Of a stretch of 64,000 nucleotides of DNA, positions 1 to 9,816 are shown in pieces. The DNA is taken from the NCBI GenBank assembly GCA_003645455.1, contig QNFE01000003.1, forward strand, positions 1,442 through 65,441, in the 5' to 3' direction. The number at the start of each line of letters is the position of its first letter. The stretch's first letter is position 1. Source of the DNA: Gammaproteobacteria bacterium (GTDB lineage Bacteria > Pseudomonadota > Gammaproteobacteria > QNFE01). A model generated the notes under the pieces. The model had not been told where the DNA came from, made no database searches, and was given only the letters and a program-made list of their open reading frames with translations. The translations under genes and the position numbers were made by a program.

Positions 1-1
1 A

Positions 2-163
2 GTTTGGATAGCGGAGCTTTTAAATACTGCTATTGAAGCTGTCGTTGATAAAACTGGTGAGGACATTCATCCTTTGGCAGAGAAAGCAAAAGATGTAGGA
101 TCGGCGGCAGTTTTTACAGCTATGGTTTTGTTGGCTTTTGTTTGGTTTGTTATTTTGGTATGA
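2..163 (+). CDS. dgkA: Diacylglycerol kinase, C-terminal fragment (window edge)
   Basis: Frame ending in TGA at 161-163 translates to ...NTAIEAVVDKTGEDIHPLAEKAKDVGSAAVFTAMVLLAFVWFVILV, matching the DgkA C-terminus; overlaps next gene by ATGA. Confidence 0.5.
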   Translation, partial: VWIAELLNTAIEAVVDKTGEDIHPLAEKAKDVGSAAVFTAMVLLAFVWFVILV

Positions 164-606
164 ATGTTGTTTTGTATCATCCACAAATACCGCCAAATAC
201 TGGCAATATAATTAGATTATGTGCTAATATACCTGCGTATTTGCATTTGATAAAACCATATGGGTTTTTATTGGATCACAAAAATGTGCGAAGAGCAGGT
301 TTGGATTATCATGATTTGACGCAAATTAAGGAACATGAAAGCTGGGACGAGTTTTTGCAAAGCGTAGATAAAGAAGTTAATATCTATACAGTTAGCACCA
401 AAGGCAAAACTATTTATACTCAACCTGATTTTCAAGATAGTGATTATTTTATTTTTGGATCCGAAATATCTGGATTACCAAAAAAAATAAGAGAGGGGTT
501 TAAAAGTCTAGTTATTCCAATGAGAGCGGGATCTAGATCAATTAATCTGTCAAATAGTGTCGCTATTGTATTATATGAAGTTAAAAGGCAGTTAAGTTTT
601 TATTAA
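160..606 (+). CDS. trmL: tRNA (cytidine/uridine-2'-O)-methyltransferase TrmL (SpoU family)
   Basis: MNVVLYHPQIPPNTGNIIRLCAN... typical TrmL N-terminus; ORF track 142..606 with internal ATG at 160. Confidence 0.75.
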   Translation: MNVVLYHPQIPPNTGNIIRLCANIPAYLHLIKPYGFLLDHKNVRRAGLDYHDLTQIKEHESWDEFLQSVDKEVNIYTVSTKGKTIYTQPDFQDSDYFIFGSEISGLPKKIREGFKSLVIPMRAGSRSINLSNSVAIVLYEVKRQLSFY

Positions 607-611
607 ATTTA

Positions 612-1277
612 TTGAGAGTAAAAAACATTATGAATAAAATTATTGACAACAAAAAACTATATATATTTCTGTGTGCTTTTGTTATTGGCACTTTTACAGG
701 CTGTGGTGGTGGCATAGAAGAGGATGCAGAGGGTGGCGATGAAGAGATAACTTTTTATGAAGAGGAGGGATATTCTTGTTTTGATAAAGAATCAGAAGAA
801 TATGATTCCTTTTTAGATGAAATGGAGTTAGATCGTGACTATATAGACTCTTTGCCTGATGGCGAACAAGAGATAGAATACGATGAAGACGATGAAGAGG
901 CTTATAGCCCTATTCAAGATAAAGCAGATCTTGGAGCCTCTATATGTTTGCTTGAGTCTGATGAGCTTGAAGTAGAAATTGAAGAAGAAGAGGAATCAGA
1001 GGAGCTTGAAGTTACAGCGGAGAGTATTGCAGAATCAGGTAAGTATATCCTATTATCACAAAAATTCTTCTTGTCCAATAGGTTACAGAGTTCTTTAAAT
1101 GCTGTTAATCGTGCCATTAAATTAAATCCATATTCAGCATTAGGTTATCAAATTCGCGGTAGCATTTTCTATAAAGCTCGTTTTTTATCTAAGGCTAAAA
1201 AAGCATGGGAGAAAGCCATTGAGTTGGACCCAACCTTATATAGAGTCCGAATGCATCTGGAGACAATTTATTTTTAA
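612..1277 (+). CDS. Acidic lipoprotein with C-terminal TPR repeat
   Basis: Lipobox FTGC after hydrophobic N-terminus; long D/E-rich region; TPR-like C-terminus (AWEKAIELDP). Confidence 0.45.
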   Translation: MRVKNIMNKIIDNKKLYIFLCAFVIGTFTGCGGGIEEDAEGGDEEITFYEEEGYSCFDKESEEYDSFLDEMELDRDYIDSLPDGEQEIEYDEDDEEAYSPIQDKADLGASICLLESDELEVEIEEEEESEELEVTAESIAESGKYILLSQKFFLSNRLQSSLNAVNRAIKLNPYSALGYQIRGSIFYKARFLSKAKKAWEKAIELDPTLYRVRMHLETIYF

Positions 1278-1302
1278 ACTAATGATAAAAAATAACAACA
1301 AT

Positions 1303-2511
1303 ATGATAAAAACTTTATTTGTCGCTATGTTAGTGCTATTTTCAGGTAGTGCCAATTCTACTATGTATAATTTTCAGAGTTCACAAGAATTGGCACAAAA
1401 TCGTTATAATCGTCACCTGGAATCACAACTGTCATCAAGAATTAAAAGGATTGTCGGACACAATGGTTTTGTTATCCATGTTTTTGCGACATTAAACCCC
1501 ACTCAGAAGAAAAAAATAACAAAGAATAAGAAGAATTATAAGAATAAAATATTGTTAATAAACGATCAAATCGCACATTTGTCTGCCAACAACAGTAATT
1601 CTTCTCAACACAACAACAGATCGTCATCAAAATTACCAGGAATGCCTGACAAAAGATTTAATGTTGCTACTGCACAAAATCAGAATCGAGGTGTTGCCGG
1701 ATTTTTATTAGACGGATTATTTGAAAAAAATCCAATAAATGAGCCATTGTTCCATGATTTGATCGTCATGGATACAAAGCAACTACTCAACCAAAATAGA
1801 AATAGATCACCTGGTGTCCCAGATAATGCAAATATACCCCATATAAATAATTCACCACAGGTTGGGTTAAAATCTTTACCAGGATTTGAGATGCATGCAG
1901 ACATCCCAATGACTTCTAAAAAAAACAATCCACCGAACGATAAAATTAAAGCCTTAAAAAACATAAAAAGAATGTATCAACAAAAAAGTAAACTAAAGCC
2001 TAAAACCAAAAACCGTCTTCATAGAAATTATTATGGCGTAAAATCTGTCAAGATTGATGTTTTGCTTGACGAAAGTGTAAGCCTTGAAAAAGAAGAATTT
2101 ATCTCACACCTTATTATTGAGCGAGCAAAACTTTTAAAAAATCCTGCTAATTCTTTGAGCATTGTTCGTGCCCGTTTTGACTATAAAACATGGTCAAATG
2201 GTTATATTCCTCCTCCTATTATTTTTTCACAACCACCAATAATAAGAAAGCCCATAGTTATTCAGCAACAACAATCGCCCCCCCCACAGATTATAAAAAT
2301 AGAGCCTGCAAAACAAGAAATAGTTAAAAAAATATATCCAGAAATACAATTGCCAGAATTTATAAAATATTGGTGGATAGGGTTGTTGATTATATTATTT
2401 ATATGGTTTGTAAGTCACAGATTAAACATCAGAAGATCTGATGAGCAACATCGTAGAATGCAAGAAATGATGATGTTGCAAAACAAATCCCAGGTAAGGT
2501 ATATTAATTGA
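1303..2511 (+). CDS. FliF/YscJ-like bitopic membrane protein (N-terminal TM, periplasmic ring-building-motif-like modules, C-terminal TM, short cytoplasmic tail)
   Basis: Signal/TM MIKTLFVAMLVLFSGS; motifs LESQLSSRIKRIVGHNGFVIHV and SVKIDVLLDESVSLEKEEFISHLII resemble FliF/YscJ family signatures; TM YWWIGLLIILFIWFV; paralogous to 2524..4893. Confidence 0.4.
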   Translation: MIKTLFVAMLVLFSGSANSTMYNFQSSQELAQNRYNRHLESQLSSRIKRIVGHNGFVIHVFATLNPTQKKKITKNKKNYKNKILLINDQIAHLSANNSNSSQHNNRSSSKLPGMPDKRFNVATAQNQNRGVAGFLLDGLFEKNPINEPLFHDLIVMDTKQLLNQNRNRSPGVPDNANIPHINNSPQVGLKSLPGFEMHADIPMTSKKNNPPNDKIKALKNIKRMYQQKSKLKPKTKNRLHRNYYGVKSVKIDVLLDESVSLEKEEFISHLIIERAKLLKNPANSLSIVRARFDYKTWSNGYIPPPIIFSQPPIIRKPIVIQQQQSPPPQIIKIEPAKQEIVKKIYPEIQLPEFIKYWWIGLLIILFIWFVSHRLNIRRSDEQHRRMQEMMMLQNKSQVRYIN

Positions 2512-2523
2512 ATCACAGTTATT

Positions 2524-4893
2524 ATGATAAAACAAACACCACAATATAGATTAAAATATTATACAGTAATATTTTTGTGCTTGTTGTGGCAAAACACTGA
2601 TGCTGAGATTATAGTTCAAAAATATGGTGTGGATGCCAACGTAAATCAAAGATTTAATTCCAACATGGAAAGACGCCTTTCAATACCCATTAAAAAACTT
2701 CTTGGTAATAATAGTTTTATCGTTCAAGTTGATGCCAATCTTAAAAATGTGCAAAAAACAAAAGTCATAAATTTGCCATCAAAACCTGTTAATAACAATA
2801 CCTACCATCCTGCATTAGATTTATACATAAACGATCAATTTGCTCCCAAAATAAACCAAAAATATTCTCCGGTGTATCCTGGTATAAACTCCATGGATTC
2901 AATAAATAAAACAGAATCTAATCACATATACGATTCTTTACAGATGGGATCAGAACCAGATAATGTCATTGACTTCCCTAACCCTAATATTGTTGATAAT
3001 AATGGTAGCTTTTCACAAAATATGCTACTACCTGGCATACAAATAACAAATTCAAGTAAGTATAATTTATCGCCACAACAAAACAGGCAATTGCAAACCT
3101 ATCAAAAATATCAAAAAGCTCAAGCATTGCAAAGAATCAATAAACTTCGTCAAAAAACAAAAAAAAACTATAAATTAATAGGAACTTCAATTAAAGTAGA
3201 TAGATTAAAAATAAATGTTCTTATTGACGAAAATGTTGATTTTGAAAAAGAAGAAATTATTAGAAACCTAATCATAACACAAACGAATTTATCTTTTGAT
3301 AGAGGTGATTCCTTGGAATTAATTAGAACCACTTTCCCAAATGCTATTGATAATAATAAGCATAAAAACCAACAAAATGCCAATGCGAGATATAGGCAAA
3401 ATTATTTACAACCTACGATTGCGCCTGTGCCCAGTCAACAATACCCCCCACAACCTATTGTGTTGCCTCAACCCCAACCACAACCACAACCACAGATTCA
3501 AATCGATAGACAAAATTATCAACCTTCTTTGTTTGACTACTCAGGCATAACCTCTTTACAATTTTTTGACATTAAAAATTTTTTAATAGATTATTGGTGG
3601 TCTGGAATACTTTTATTAGTTTTTATCATATATTATTTTAACAAAAAATCATCCCAAAGAAGATTTAATAACGATGATTATTTTTATAATTTTGCTAACT
3701 CGCAGGCGACTCCTGATCTACTAATACATCGTAGTCAACCTCAAATTATAGCCGAGCCTCAAACTAAAATTATAAATCCGCAACAAAAACCACCTTATCA
3801 GAAAACCTCATCACAGAGAGAAAGATCCTTAGTTAAGGAATATCATGGTAATAGCAATGGTCATGATCGTAAAACTACCGAGGCCTTGAATAAATTAAAA
3901 GAATCCGTTTATAAAGATGAGTTGGTTAATTTGATTATATCACAACCTGCAAATTTTACGGAGCAAATCCAAGAATGGATAAATTCAAATTCCAAACAGG
4001 CAAAAAAATACATCATAACTGCTTATGCTTTATTAGGTGAAGGGATTTTTAACGGTGTGTTTAACAAATTGAGTGACGATGATAAGGCTTCTCTTAATAA
4101 TGCTGTGTTAGAGTATAAAAAAAGCACCAGCAATTCTGATTTTCAAAGGCATTCAAGAGAGCTTTATAGGTTATTTAGTTGTAACATTATGTCAAGACCA
4201 AACAATGCCTCTGGTTTATCAATGCCGTTTGCATTTTTAGAAAAAATGAATAATTCTCATATAAAGTATTTAATAGAAAATGAAAATTACAAAATAAAAG
4301 CCTTAGTTTTGTCTCAATTAAATAGTAAAAAAGCCGCCCAAATTATTAGCGACTATGAAGACCGAGAACGCAGCTTAATTGCAATAGAAATTAGTAATTT
4401 TAGAGAATTGCCAATTGCAACTTTCAGACAAATAGCTACACGCCTAGCAAAACAATCCAAAAAAATCCCAAGTTTTAATAATGTGTTGGTTGATGGAGTT
4501 GAATTATTAGTGAATATGTTAGGACAATTAGATGAGGGTCGTGAAAAAATGATTCTAAATTCTATTAAAAGTTACGATCCAAATTTATTTTTCAAAATTA
4601 AGCAACACTACTTAAATTTTAATGATCTGACAAAGCTACCAAATATTGCATTAAAAAACTTAATAGGTGCCGTAGATAGAAGAATGCTTGCCACGGCATT
4701 AAGTGGTGCTGATGGAGATATAGTTCAAAGATTTTTACAGGTTTTAAGTGAAACATCTGCCAATGCACTTAAATATACTTTAAAACAAATTGGCAATCCT
4801 AGCTCCGATGAAACATTAAAAGCGAAACAATTGATTTCATCACAAGCACGCCACATGTTAAAATCAGGGCTATTGAAAAATCCTGTCGTATGA
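2524..4893 (+). CDS. FliF-like periplasmic/TM region fused to a cytoplasmic FliG/MgtE_N-like domain
   Basis: N-terminal part paralogous to 1303..2511 (IKVDRLKINVLIDENVDFEKEEIIRNLII); Pro/Gln-rich linker; TM YWWSGILLLVFIIYYF; C-terminal region aligns by eye with FliG middle/C domains (ALVLSQLNSKKAAQIISDYEDRERSLIAIEI...; LPNIALKNLIGAVDRRMLATALSGADGDIVQRFLQVLSE). Confidence 0.45.
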   Translation: MIKQTPQYRLKYYTVIFLCLLWQNTDAEIIVQKYGVDANVNQRFNSNMERRLSIPIKKLLGNNSFIVQVDANLKNVQKTKVINLPSKPVNNNTYHPALDLYINDQFAPKINQKYSPVYPGINSMDSINKTESNHIYDSLQMGSEPDNVIDFPNPNIVDNNGSFSQNMLLPGIQITNSSKYNLSPQQNRQLQTYQKYQKAQALQRINKLRQKTKKNYKLIGTSIKVDRLKINVLIDENVDFEKEEIIRNLIITQTNLSFDRGDSLELIRTTFPNAIDNNKHKNQQNANARYRQNYLQPTIAPVPSQQYPPQPIVLPQPQPQPQPQIQIDRQNYQPSLFDYSGITSLQFFDIKNFLIDYWWSGILLLVFIIYYFNKKSSQRRFNNDDYFYNFANSQATPDLLIHRSQPQIIAEPQTKIINPQQKPPYQKTSSQRERSLVKEYHGNSNGHDRKTTEALNKLKESVYKDELVNLIISQPANFTEQIQEWINSNSKQAKKYIITAYALLGEGIFNGVFNKLSDDDKASLNNAVLEYKKSTSNSDFQRHSRELYRLFSCNIMSRPNNASGLSMPFAFLEKMNNSHIKYLIENENYKIKALVLSQLNSKKAAQIISDYEDRERSLIAIEISNFRELPIATFRQIATRLAKQSKKIPSFNNVLVDGVELLVNMLGQLDEGREKMILNSIKSYDPNLFFKIKQHYLNFNDLTKLPNIALKNLIGAVDRRMLATALSGADGDIVQRFLQVLSETSANALKYTLKQIGNPSSDETLKAKQLISSQARHMLKSGLLKNPVV

Positions 4894-6386
4894 AAATTTT
4901 TATATTGATATTGTTGCTATTTTCAAATAGTGCAATAGCATGGAAAAATTTTGAAAACATAAATGTCCCAAAAATAATAAAACCAGACGCTAAACAAAGA
5001 TTATTGTTAAAAAAGGGCATAACAGCAATACAAAAAGATAATCTCAAAGAAGCTTTAAATAATCTTGTGCCCATAGCAGATATGGGTTATCTCAAAGCAT
5101 CAGTGAGTTTAGCAAAATACCTATATAAATCAAAGCATATGAAGCTATTCAAGTTATCCCATAAATATCATTATATAGCAGCAAAACACAATATGTGGCA
5201 AAGTCAAGTGGTTATATCATATGCTTACCTACAAGGAGACTACACAAAAAAAAATTTTTTAATGGCAAGGTATTGGTTGGATAAGGCAGCTTATAATGGA
5301 GGTGGCTCTCAGATAGATTCTTTGTATGAGAAATTAAATCAAATCTCTTATAAGCAGGCTAAAATACTGATAGAACAAAAAAAATACAATGCGGCTGAGA
5401 AAATTTTAAAACCCATGGCAAAGATAAGATACAAAAACAGCAAATCTTTGTTAAATAGCATCCAAAAAATTGGCAAAAATGGAGAGAAAAAACAAAAAAT
5501 AGTAGAAAAATTGAATACAAATAATGGTAAAAAAAAGCAAGCAGCAACACAATATCATCTTGCCATTACATATCTAAAAGACAAAAATATTTCAAAAGAA
5601 AAACAACAACGGGCATTAAAATTATTAAAAAAATCAGGTGCTCCTGGAAACTCTTCTGCTCAGTTTAAGTTAGGGCTTATAATGTTAAAAGGTGATCTCA
5701 TAAAACAAGACATAAAACAAGGAATTCACTGGTTAAGAATGAGTGCCGAACAAGAAAATAAAGATGCTCAGTATACTCTGGGAGTGTATTATATATCAGG
5801 AACTAAAATTCCAAAAGATGATTATGAAGCTCACAGGTGGTTCAAACGTGCATCTAATAATGGTCATATAAAAGCCACCCATAATCTTGGTATAACATAT
5901 CTATACGGTATAGGGGTATCATCTGACAAGCCAAAAGCCATGTATTGGCTCAACAAAGCTAAAAAAAATGGCAATTATAAATCGTCCCAAATATTAAAAA
6001 ATCAAAATAATAATAGGGCATCATACAAGGAAAATAAAAAATATAAAAATCATAAAACACATGACAAAAAAGAAATTTACGAAGCAGTTAAGGGTCATAA
6101 TTGGTTTTCAAGCATAAAGGGTAGCGATAAGTATAGCCTGCAATTGTTAGTAGCTTTTAATTTCGATACTTTGTTAAAATTCTTAAAACAAAATAATATA
6201 AAATCGTCATATTTTCATTATAGCCGTAAAACAGATCAGTCCCAAAAACAACATATTTTAATCTATGGTATTTTTGATGATTATGAGAGCGCTTTTGCTT
6301 ATGCTAAAAAAATATCAAATGATTTTAAAAAATTTAAACCATGGGTTAGGAAAATATCTGCAATTGAGGATGAGACAAAATTATAA
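4890..6386 (+). CDS. Secreted Sel1-repeat protein with C-terminal SPOR (peptidoglycan-binding) domain
   Basis: Signal peptide; Sel1 repeats (AQYTLGVYYISG..., ATHNLGITYLYG...); C-terminal YSLQLLVAFNFDTLLKFLKQ...ILIYGIFDDYESAFAYAKK resembles SPOR; ATGA overlap with upstream gene. Confidence 0.55.
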   Translation: MKIFILILLLFSNSAIAWKNFENINVPKIIKPDAKQRLLLKKGITAIQKDNLKEALNNLVPIADMGYLKASVSLAKYLYKSKHMKLFKLSHKYHYIAAKHNMWQSQVVISYAYLQGDYTKKNFLMARYWLDKAAYNGGGSQIDSLYEKLNQISYKQAKILIEQKKYNAAEKILKPMAKIRYKNSKSLLNSIQKIGKNGEKKQKIVEKLNTNNGKKKQAATQYHLAITYLKDKNISKEKQQRALKLLKKSGAPGNSSAQFKLGLIMLKGDLIKQDIKQGIHWLRMSAEQENKDAQYTLGVYYISGTKIPKDDYEAHRWFKRASNNGHIKATHNLGITYLYGIGVSSDKPKAMYWLNKAKKNGNYKSSQILKNQNNNRASYKENKKYKNHKTHDKKEIYEAVKGHNWFSSIKGSDKYSLQLLVAFNFDTLLKFLKQNNIKSSYFHYSRKTDQSQKQHILIYGIFDDYESAFAYAKKISNDFKKFKPWVRKISAIEDETKL

Positions 6387-6390
6387 AAAC

Positions 6391-7392
6391 ATGAATAATA
6401 ACAGCAATAATAAAAATCTATTGATAGATAAGTTTAACCGTCCAATAAAATATTTAAGGATTAGTGTCACGGATAAATGTAATATGCGTTGTTTTTATTG
6501 CCTACCAAAGGATTATAGAGATTTTACAGTTCCAGAGCGTAGGTTGAATTTTATTCAAATTGAAAAAATTGTGAATGCTTTTGCAAATCTTGGAGTGCAA
6601 AGTGTGCGCTTAACCGGAGGTGAGCCTTTGGTTCGTGCTGGAATTTGTGATCTTGTGCGAACCATAAAAAACAATAAAAACATCACGGATCTTTCAATGA
6701 GTACCAATGCGAGTTTATTGATAGATAAGGCTTATGATTTGAAACAAGCAGGTTTGGATAGATTAAATGTCAGTTTGGATTCTATGAATCCCAAAACTTT
6801 CCATGATATAACCTGTGGTTTTAAATTATCAGATACATTAAATGGATTAGAGGTGGCTAAAAAAGAGGGCATAACTCCCATTAAAATAAACATGGTCATT
6901 ATGAGGGGCATCAACGATAATGATATAGATAATATGATAGAATACTGTATGGAGAATAAATTTGTTTTAAGGCTTATTGAGGCTATGCCTGTTGGTATAG
7001 GAGGTCGCAAAGCACGCGATTATTATATCAATCTTAACGAGGTGATTGACGATTTAAAACAAAAATATAATTTAATAAAAACAGAATTTATGGGTTCTGG
7101 TCCTGCAAAATATTATAAAATAATGGACACTAATTTTAAAATTGGCTTCATAACACCAATATCACAACATTTTTGTGATGCTTGCAACAGAGTAAGGCTT
7201 TCGGTGGATGGAATGTTGTATCTATGCTTAGGGGAGGATAATAAAGTTGATCTGAGACGGCATTTGATGCAAAATATATCCGATGATGGTTTGGAGCAAA
7301 TTATCAAAGATGCTATATTAAAAAAACCAGAGAAGCATACTTTTTCAAAAGAATCAACAACATATAGACCCATGTCTTTTACTGGAGGTTAA
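6391..7392 (+). CDS. moaA: GTP 3',8-cyclase MoaA (radical SAM)
   Basis: LRISVTDKCNMRCFYCLP CxxxCxxC motif; GGEPL; C-terminal CDACNRVRLSVDG. Confidence 0.85.
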   Translation: MNNNSNNKNLLIDKFNRPIKYLRISVTDKCNMRCFYCLPKDYRDFTVPERRLNFIQIEKIVNAFANLGVQSVRLTGGEPLVRAGICDLVRTIKNNKNITDLSMSTNASLLIDKAYDLKQAGLDRLNVSLDSMNPKTFHDITCGFKLSDTLNGLEVAKKEGITPIKINMVIMRGINDNDIDNMIEYCMENKFVLRLIEAMPVGIGGRKARDYYINLNEVIDDLKQKYNLIKTEFMGSGPAKYYKIMDTNFKIGFITPISQHFCDACNRVRLSVDGMLYLCLGEDNKVDLRRHLMQNISDDGLEQIIKDAILKKPEKHTFSKESTTYRPMSFTGG

Positions 7393-7399
7393 TATTGTT

Positions 7400-8008
7400 A
7401 TGAATAAACAGCAATACTGGGATAATATCTATGACAACAAAAATCATAATGAGTTAAGTTGGCACCAAAGCATGCCAAAAATATCGTTAGATCTTATCAA
7501 AAAAACAAAAATAAAAAATCATATTATGGATATAGGAGGAGGAGCATCGAGTCTATTAGATAATTTGTGTGAAGCAGGATATGATAATTTATCAGTTCTT
7601 GATATATCACAGAGCGCTATAAAAAAGCTTCGTCTGAGATTGGCAAAATTTAATACAAAAATTACTTACTATGTATGTGATATTACCAAATTCAAAGTAA
7701 AAAATAATGAATATAATCTATGGTATGATAGGGCAGTTTTTCATTTTTTAATTCATCAACAGGACAGAAAAAAATATCTAACAATATTAAAAAATACACT
7801 CAAAAAAAAAGGTTTTGTTATCATAGCAACTTTTAACAAAAATGGACCTAACATGTGTAGCGGTTTAGAGATAAGAAAATATGACCAAACAAAAATCTGC
7901 CAAGAAATGGGTGATGATTTTAAATTGATAACAGCAATTGATGAAAATCATCTAACCCCATCAGGGGCAACCCAAACATTTGGTTATTTTTTATTCCAAT
8001 ATTTGTAA
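7400..8008 (+). CDS. Class I SAM-dependent methyltransferase
   Basis: MDIGGGASSLLDNL motif I-like; roughly 200 aa. Confidence 0.5.
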   Translation: MNKQQYWDNIYDNKNHNELSWHQSMPKISLDLIKKTKIKNHIMDIGGGASSLLDNLCEAGYDNLSVLDISQSAIKKLRLRLAKFNTKITYYVCDITKFKVKNNEYNLWYDRAVFHFLIHQQDRKKYLTILKNTLKKKGFVIIATFNKNGPNMCSGLEIRKYDQTKICQEMGDDFKLITAIDENHLTPSGATQTFGYFLFQYL

Positions 8009-8013
8009 TTTTT

Positions 8014-8298
8014 ATGCAAAAAATAATTTTTATAATTCTATTGTTTTTATTATTGACCTTGCAATATAGATTTTGGTTTGGTAAGGCAAATTATAATCAG
8101 TTACAAGATCTGCAAGAGCGCATAGAGACATTAAACCAACAGATAGAGACAATGAACAAGCAAAATAGAGAATATGGAGCAAAAGTGCAATTACTAAAAA
8201 AAAGACTTGATGCGGTTGAGGAATATGCTCGATATGAATTACATATGAAAAAGAAAAATGAAGAATTTTATCCGCTTGATAAAAATCTTGCAAAATGA
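8014..8298 (+). CDS. ftsB: Cell division protein FtsB
   Basis: N-terminal TM then coiled coil; sits immediately upstream of ispD as in many gammaproteobacteria. Confidence 0.65.
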   Translation: MQKIIFIILLFLLLTLQYRFWFGKANYNQLQDLQERIETLNQQIETMNKQNREYGAKVQLLKKRLDAVEEYARYELHMKKKNEEFYPLDKNLAK

Positions 8299-8966
8299 TT
8301 ACAGCCATAATTCCTGCCGCAGGGTGTGGGCAGAGAATGAAAAACAAAACCCCAAAACAATATTTAAAAATTGCTGATAAAACTATTTTAGAGTGGAGTT
8401 TGCAAGAATTTATATCTCATCCAAAAATAGATAAAATAATAATCGCTATCAACAAAAATGATAATTTTTTTAAAACAACTAATCTTATAAACATCAAAAA
8501 AATAACAACCTGCATCGGGGGAGATAGTCGTTTTGATAGTGTTTATAATGCGATGAGAACGATAAAAAACGAGGACGATAATTATTTTGTGATAGTGCAT
8601 GATGCCGCTCGTCCGTTATTTAACAAAAAAGATTTAAACAATTTATTAGAGGCAAAAAATGATAGTGGAGCGATTCTTGTTGCCAATATTAATGAGACTG
8701 TAAAAAAAGTTATCAATGGCAAAATTCAAAAAACTCTCAATAGGGACAACTTATACCGGGCTTTAACACCACAATTTTTTAAACTTAGCTTATTAAAAAA
8801 AGCCTTTGAAAATGCCAAAAATAAAAAAATAAATATAACGGATGAATCGATGGCAGTTGAAAATTTAGGAGTTAATCCTGCGATTATCATAGGAGATGCC
8901 AACAATATAAAAATCACGACCAAAGAAGACTTAGATTATGCGAAAGAATTACTAATTTCATCGTAG
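8295..8966 (+). CDS. ispD: 2-C-methyl-D-erythritol 4-phosphate cytidylyltransferase
   Basis: MITAIIPAAGCGQRM... IspD N-terminal signature; VHDAARP. Confidence 0.85.
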   Translation: MITAIIPAAGCGQRMKNKTPKQYLKIADKTILEWSLQEFISHPKIDKIIIAINKNDNFFKTTNLINIKKITTCIGGDSRFDSVYNAMRTIKNEDDNYFVIVHDAARPLFNKKDLNNLLEAKNDSGAILVANINETVKKVINGKIQKTLNRDNLYRALTPQFFKLSLLKKAFENAKNKKINITDESMAVENLGVNPAIIIGDANNIKITTKEDLDYAKELLISS

Positions 8967-9062
8967 CGGACGAAAATAATTAATAATTAACAGTTATTAG
9001 TTAATAGTGAACGGACAACCAAAATCCTCCACACAACAAAAATCCCACAAAACCAAAAAACC

Positions 9063-9215
9063 CCGTCATTGCGAGGCGGACGGAAAAATGATGTAATATC
9101 AAGCACTTAAACCGCCACGGCAATCTCTTGAGGGGATAACGGACACCCAAAGAGATAACCACGGCAGTTGATTGCACCAGTTCCTCTTTTCTCTCCGTCT
9201 GCCTCGTTATGACGG
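9063..9215. repeat. MITE family 1 copy (TIR CCGTCATTGCGAGG...CCTCGTTATGACGG, about 150 bp)
   Basis: Terminal inverted repeats visible; near-identical copy at 12110..12261; related copies at 32822-32990, 33790-34022, 34545-34728, 61370-61560, 63695-64000. Confidence 0.7.
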
Positions 9216-9315
9216 TTTTTTTTAGATTTAGAATAGAGTTTTTAATTCTCAATTATCCATTCTCAATTTTCAATTATCCTCGTCTGCCTTGTTTTAAATT
9301 CCACCTTTTAAATTA

Positions 9316-9330
9316 TTTTTTGCTATAATA
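9316..9330 (+). promoter_or_regulatory. Extended -10 promoter element TGCTATAAT upstream of antitoxin-like gene
   Basis: TTTTTTGCTATAAT motif; same motif at 11416-11426 and 27316-27324. Confidence 0.4.
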
Positions 9331-9355
9331 TCAGTTTTTTAAAAAATATAATAAA

Positions 9356-9550
9356 ATGCAAACAATAACATTAAACATAAACGATGATTATATGCAAAAT
9401 TTTAAAACCATCTTAAAAGCTTTGCCAAAAAACAAAATCACAATAGCAAAAAATGAAGACGAATTATTTTTATCAACCTTAAAAAATAATCACAAAAAAG
9501 ATTATGTCAATAAAAATGAAATTTTTGAAGCACTATCGGTTAAATCTTAA
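9356..9550 (+). CDS. Putative antitoxin (MQTIxLxIxD family), partner of downstream RelE/ParE toxin
   Basis: 64 aa; stop overlaps the toxin start; N-terminus shared with 10280..10549 and 11454..11744. Confidence 0.4.
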   Translation: MQTITLNINDDYMQNFKTILKALPKNKITIAKNEDELFLSTLKNNHKKDYVNKNEIFEALSVKS

Positions 9551-9816
9551 TGCAGATAAGATATGAAAAAAAGTTATTAAAAGACATCAAAAAACTAAAC
9601 AACGACAAATTAAAACAAAAACTAAAAACTATTTTTGAATTATTTGAAACTCAAAACACAATGGAGACAATTCAAAATATAAAAAAATTAAAATCACACG
9701 AGAACTATTATAGATTAAAAATATCAGATTACAGACTTGGTTTTCACTATCAAAATAACATTATCACAATAATCCGCATACTTCACCGCAAAGACATTTA
9801 TAAAAAATTTCCATAA
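9550..9816 (+). CDS. RelE/ParE-family type II toxin
   Basis: 88 aa; C-terminal YRLKISDYRLGFHYQNNIITIIRILHRKDIY matches RelE/ParE signature. Confidence 0.6.
   Translation: MQIRYEKKLLKDIKKLNNDKLKQKLKTIFELFETQNTMETIQNIKKLKSHENYYRLKISDYRLGFHYQNNIITIIRILHRKDIYKKFP

Noticed and set aside
914-1117. Minus-strand 67-aa ORF rich in Ser/Asp
   Set aside because: It is antisense to the acidic D/E-rich region of the 612..1277 lipoprotein gene, a mirror-image artefact. The same reasoning applies to 1680..1964, 3168..3383, 19927..20212, 27609..28090, 38121..38965 and similar ORFs.
9001-9252. 83-aa minus-strand ORF
   Set aside because: It lies entirely within a MITE-1 copy. The ORFs 16848..17112, 32633..32994, 33703..33942, 34582..34776 and 61333..61539 likewise sit in MITE sequence.
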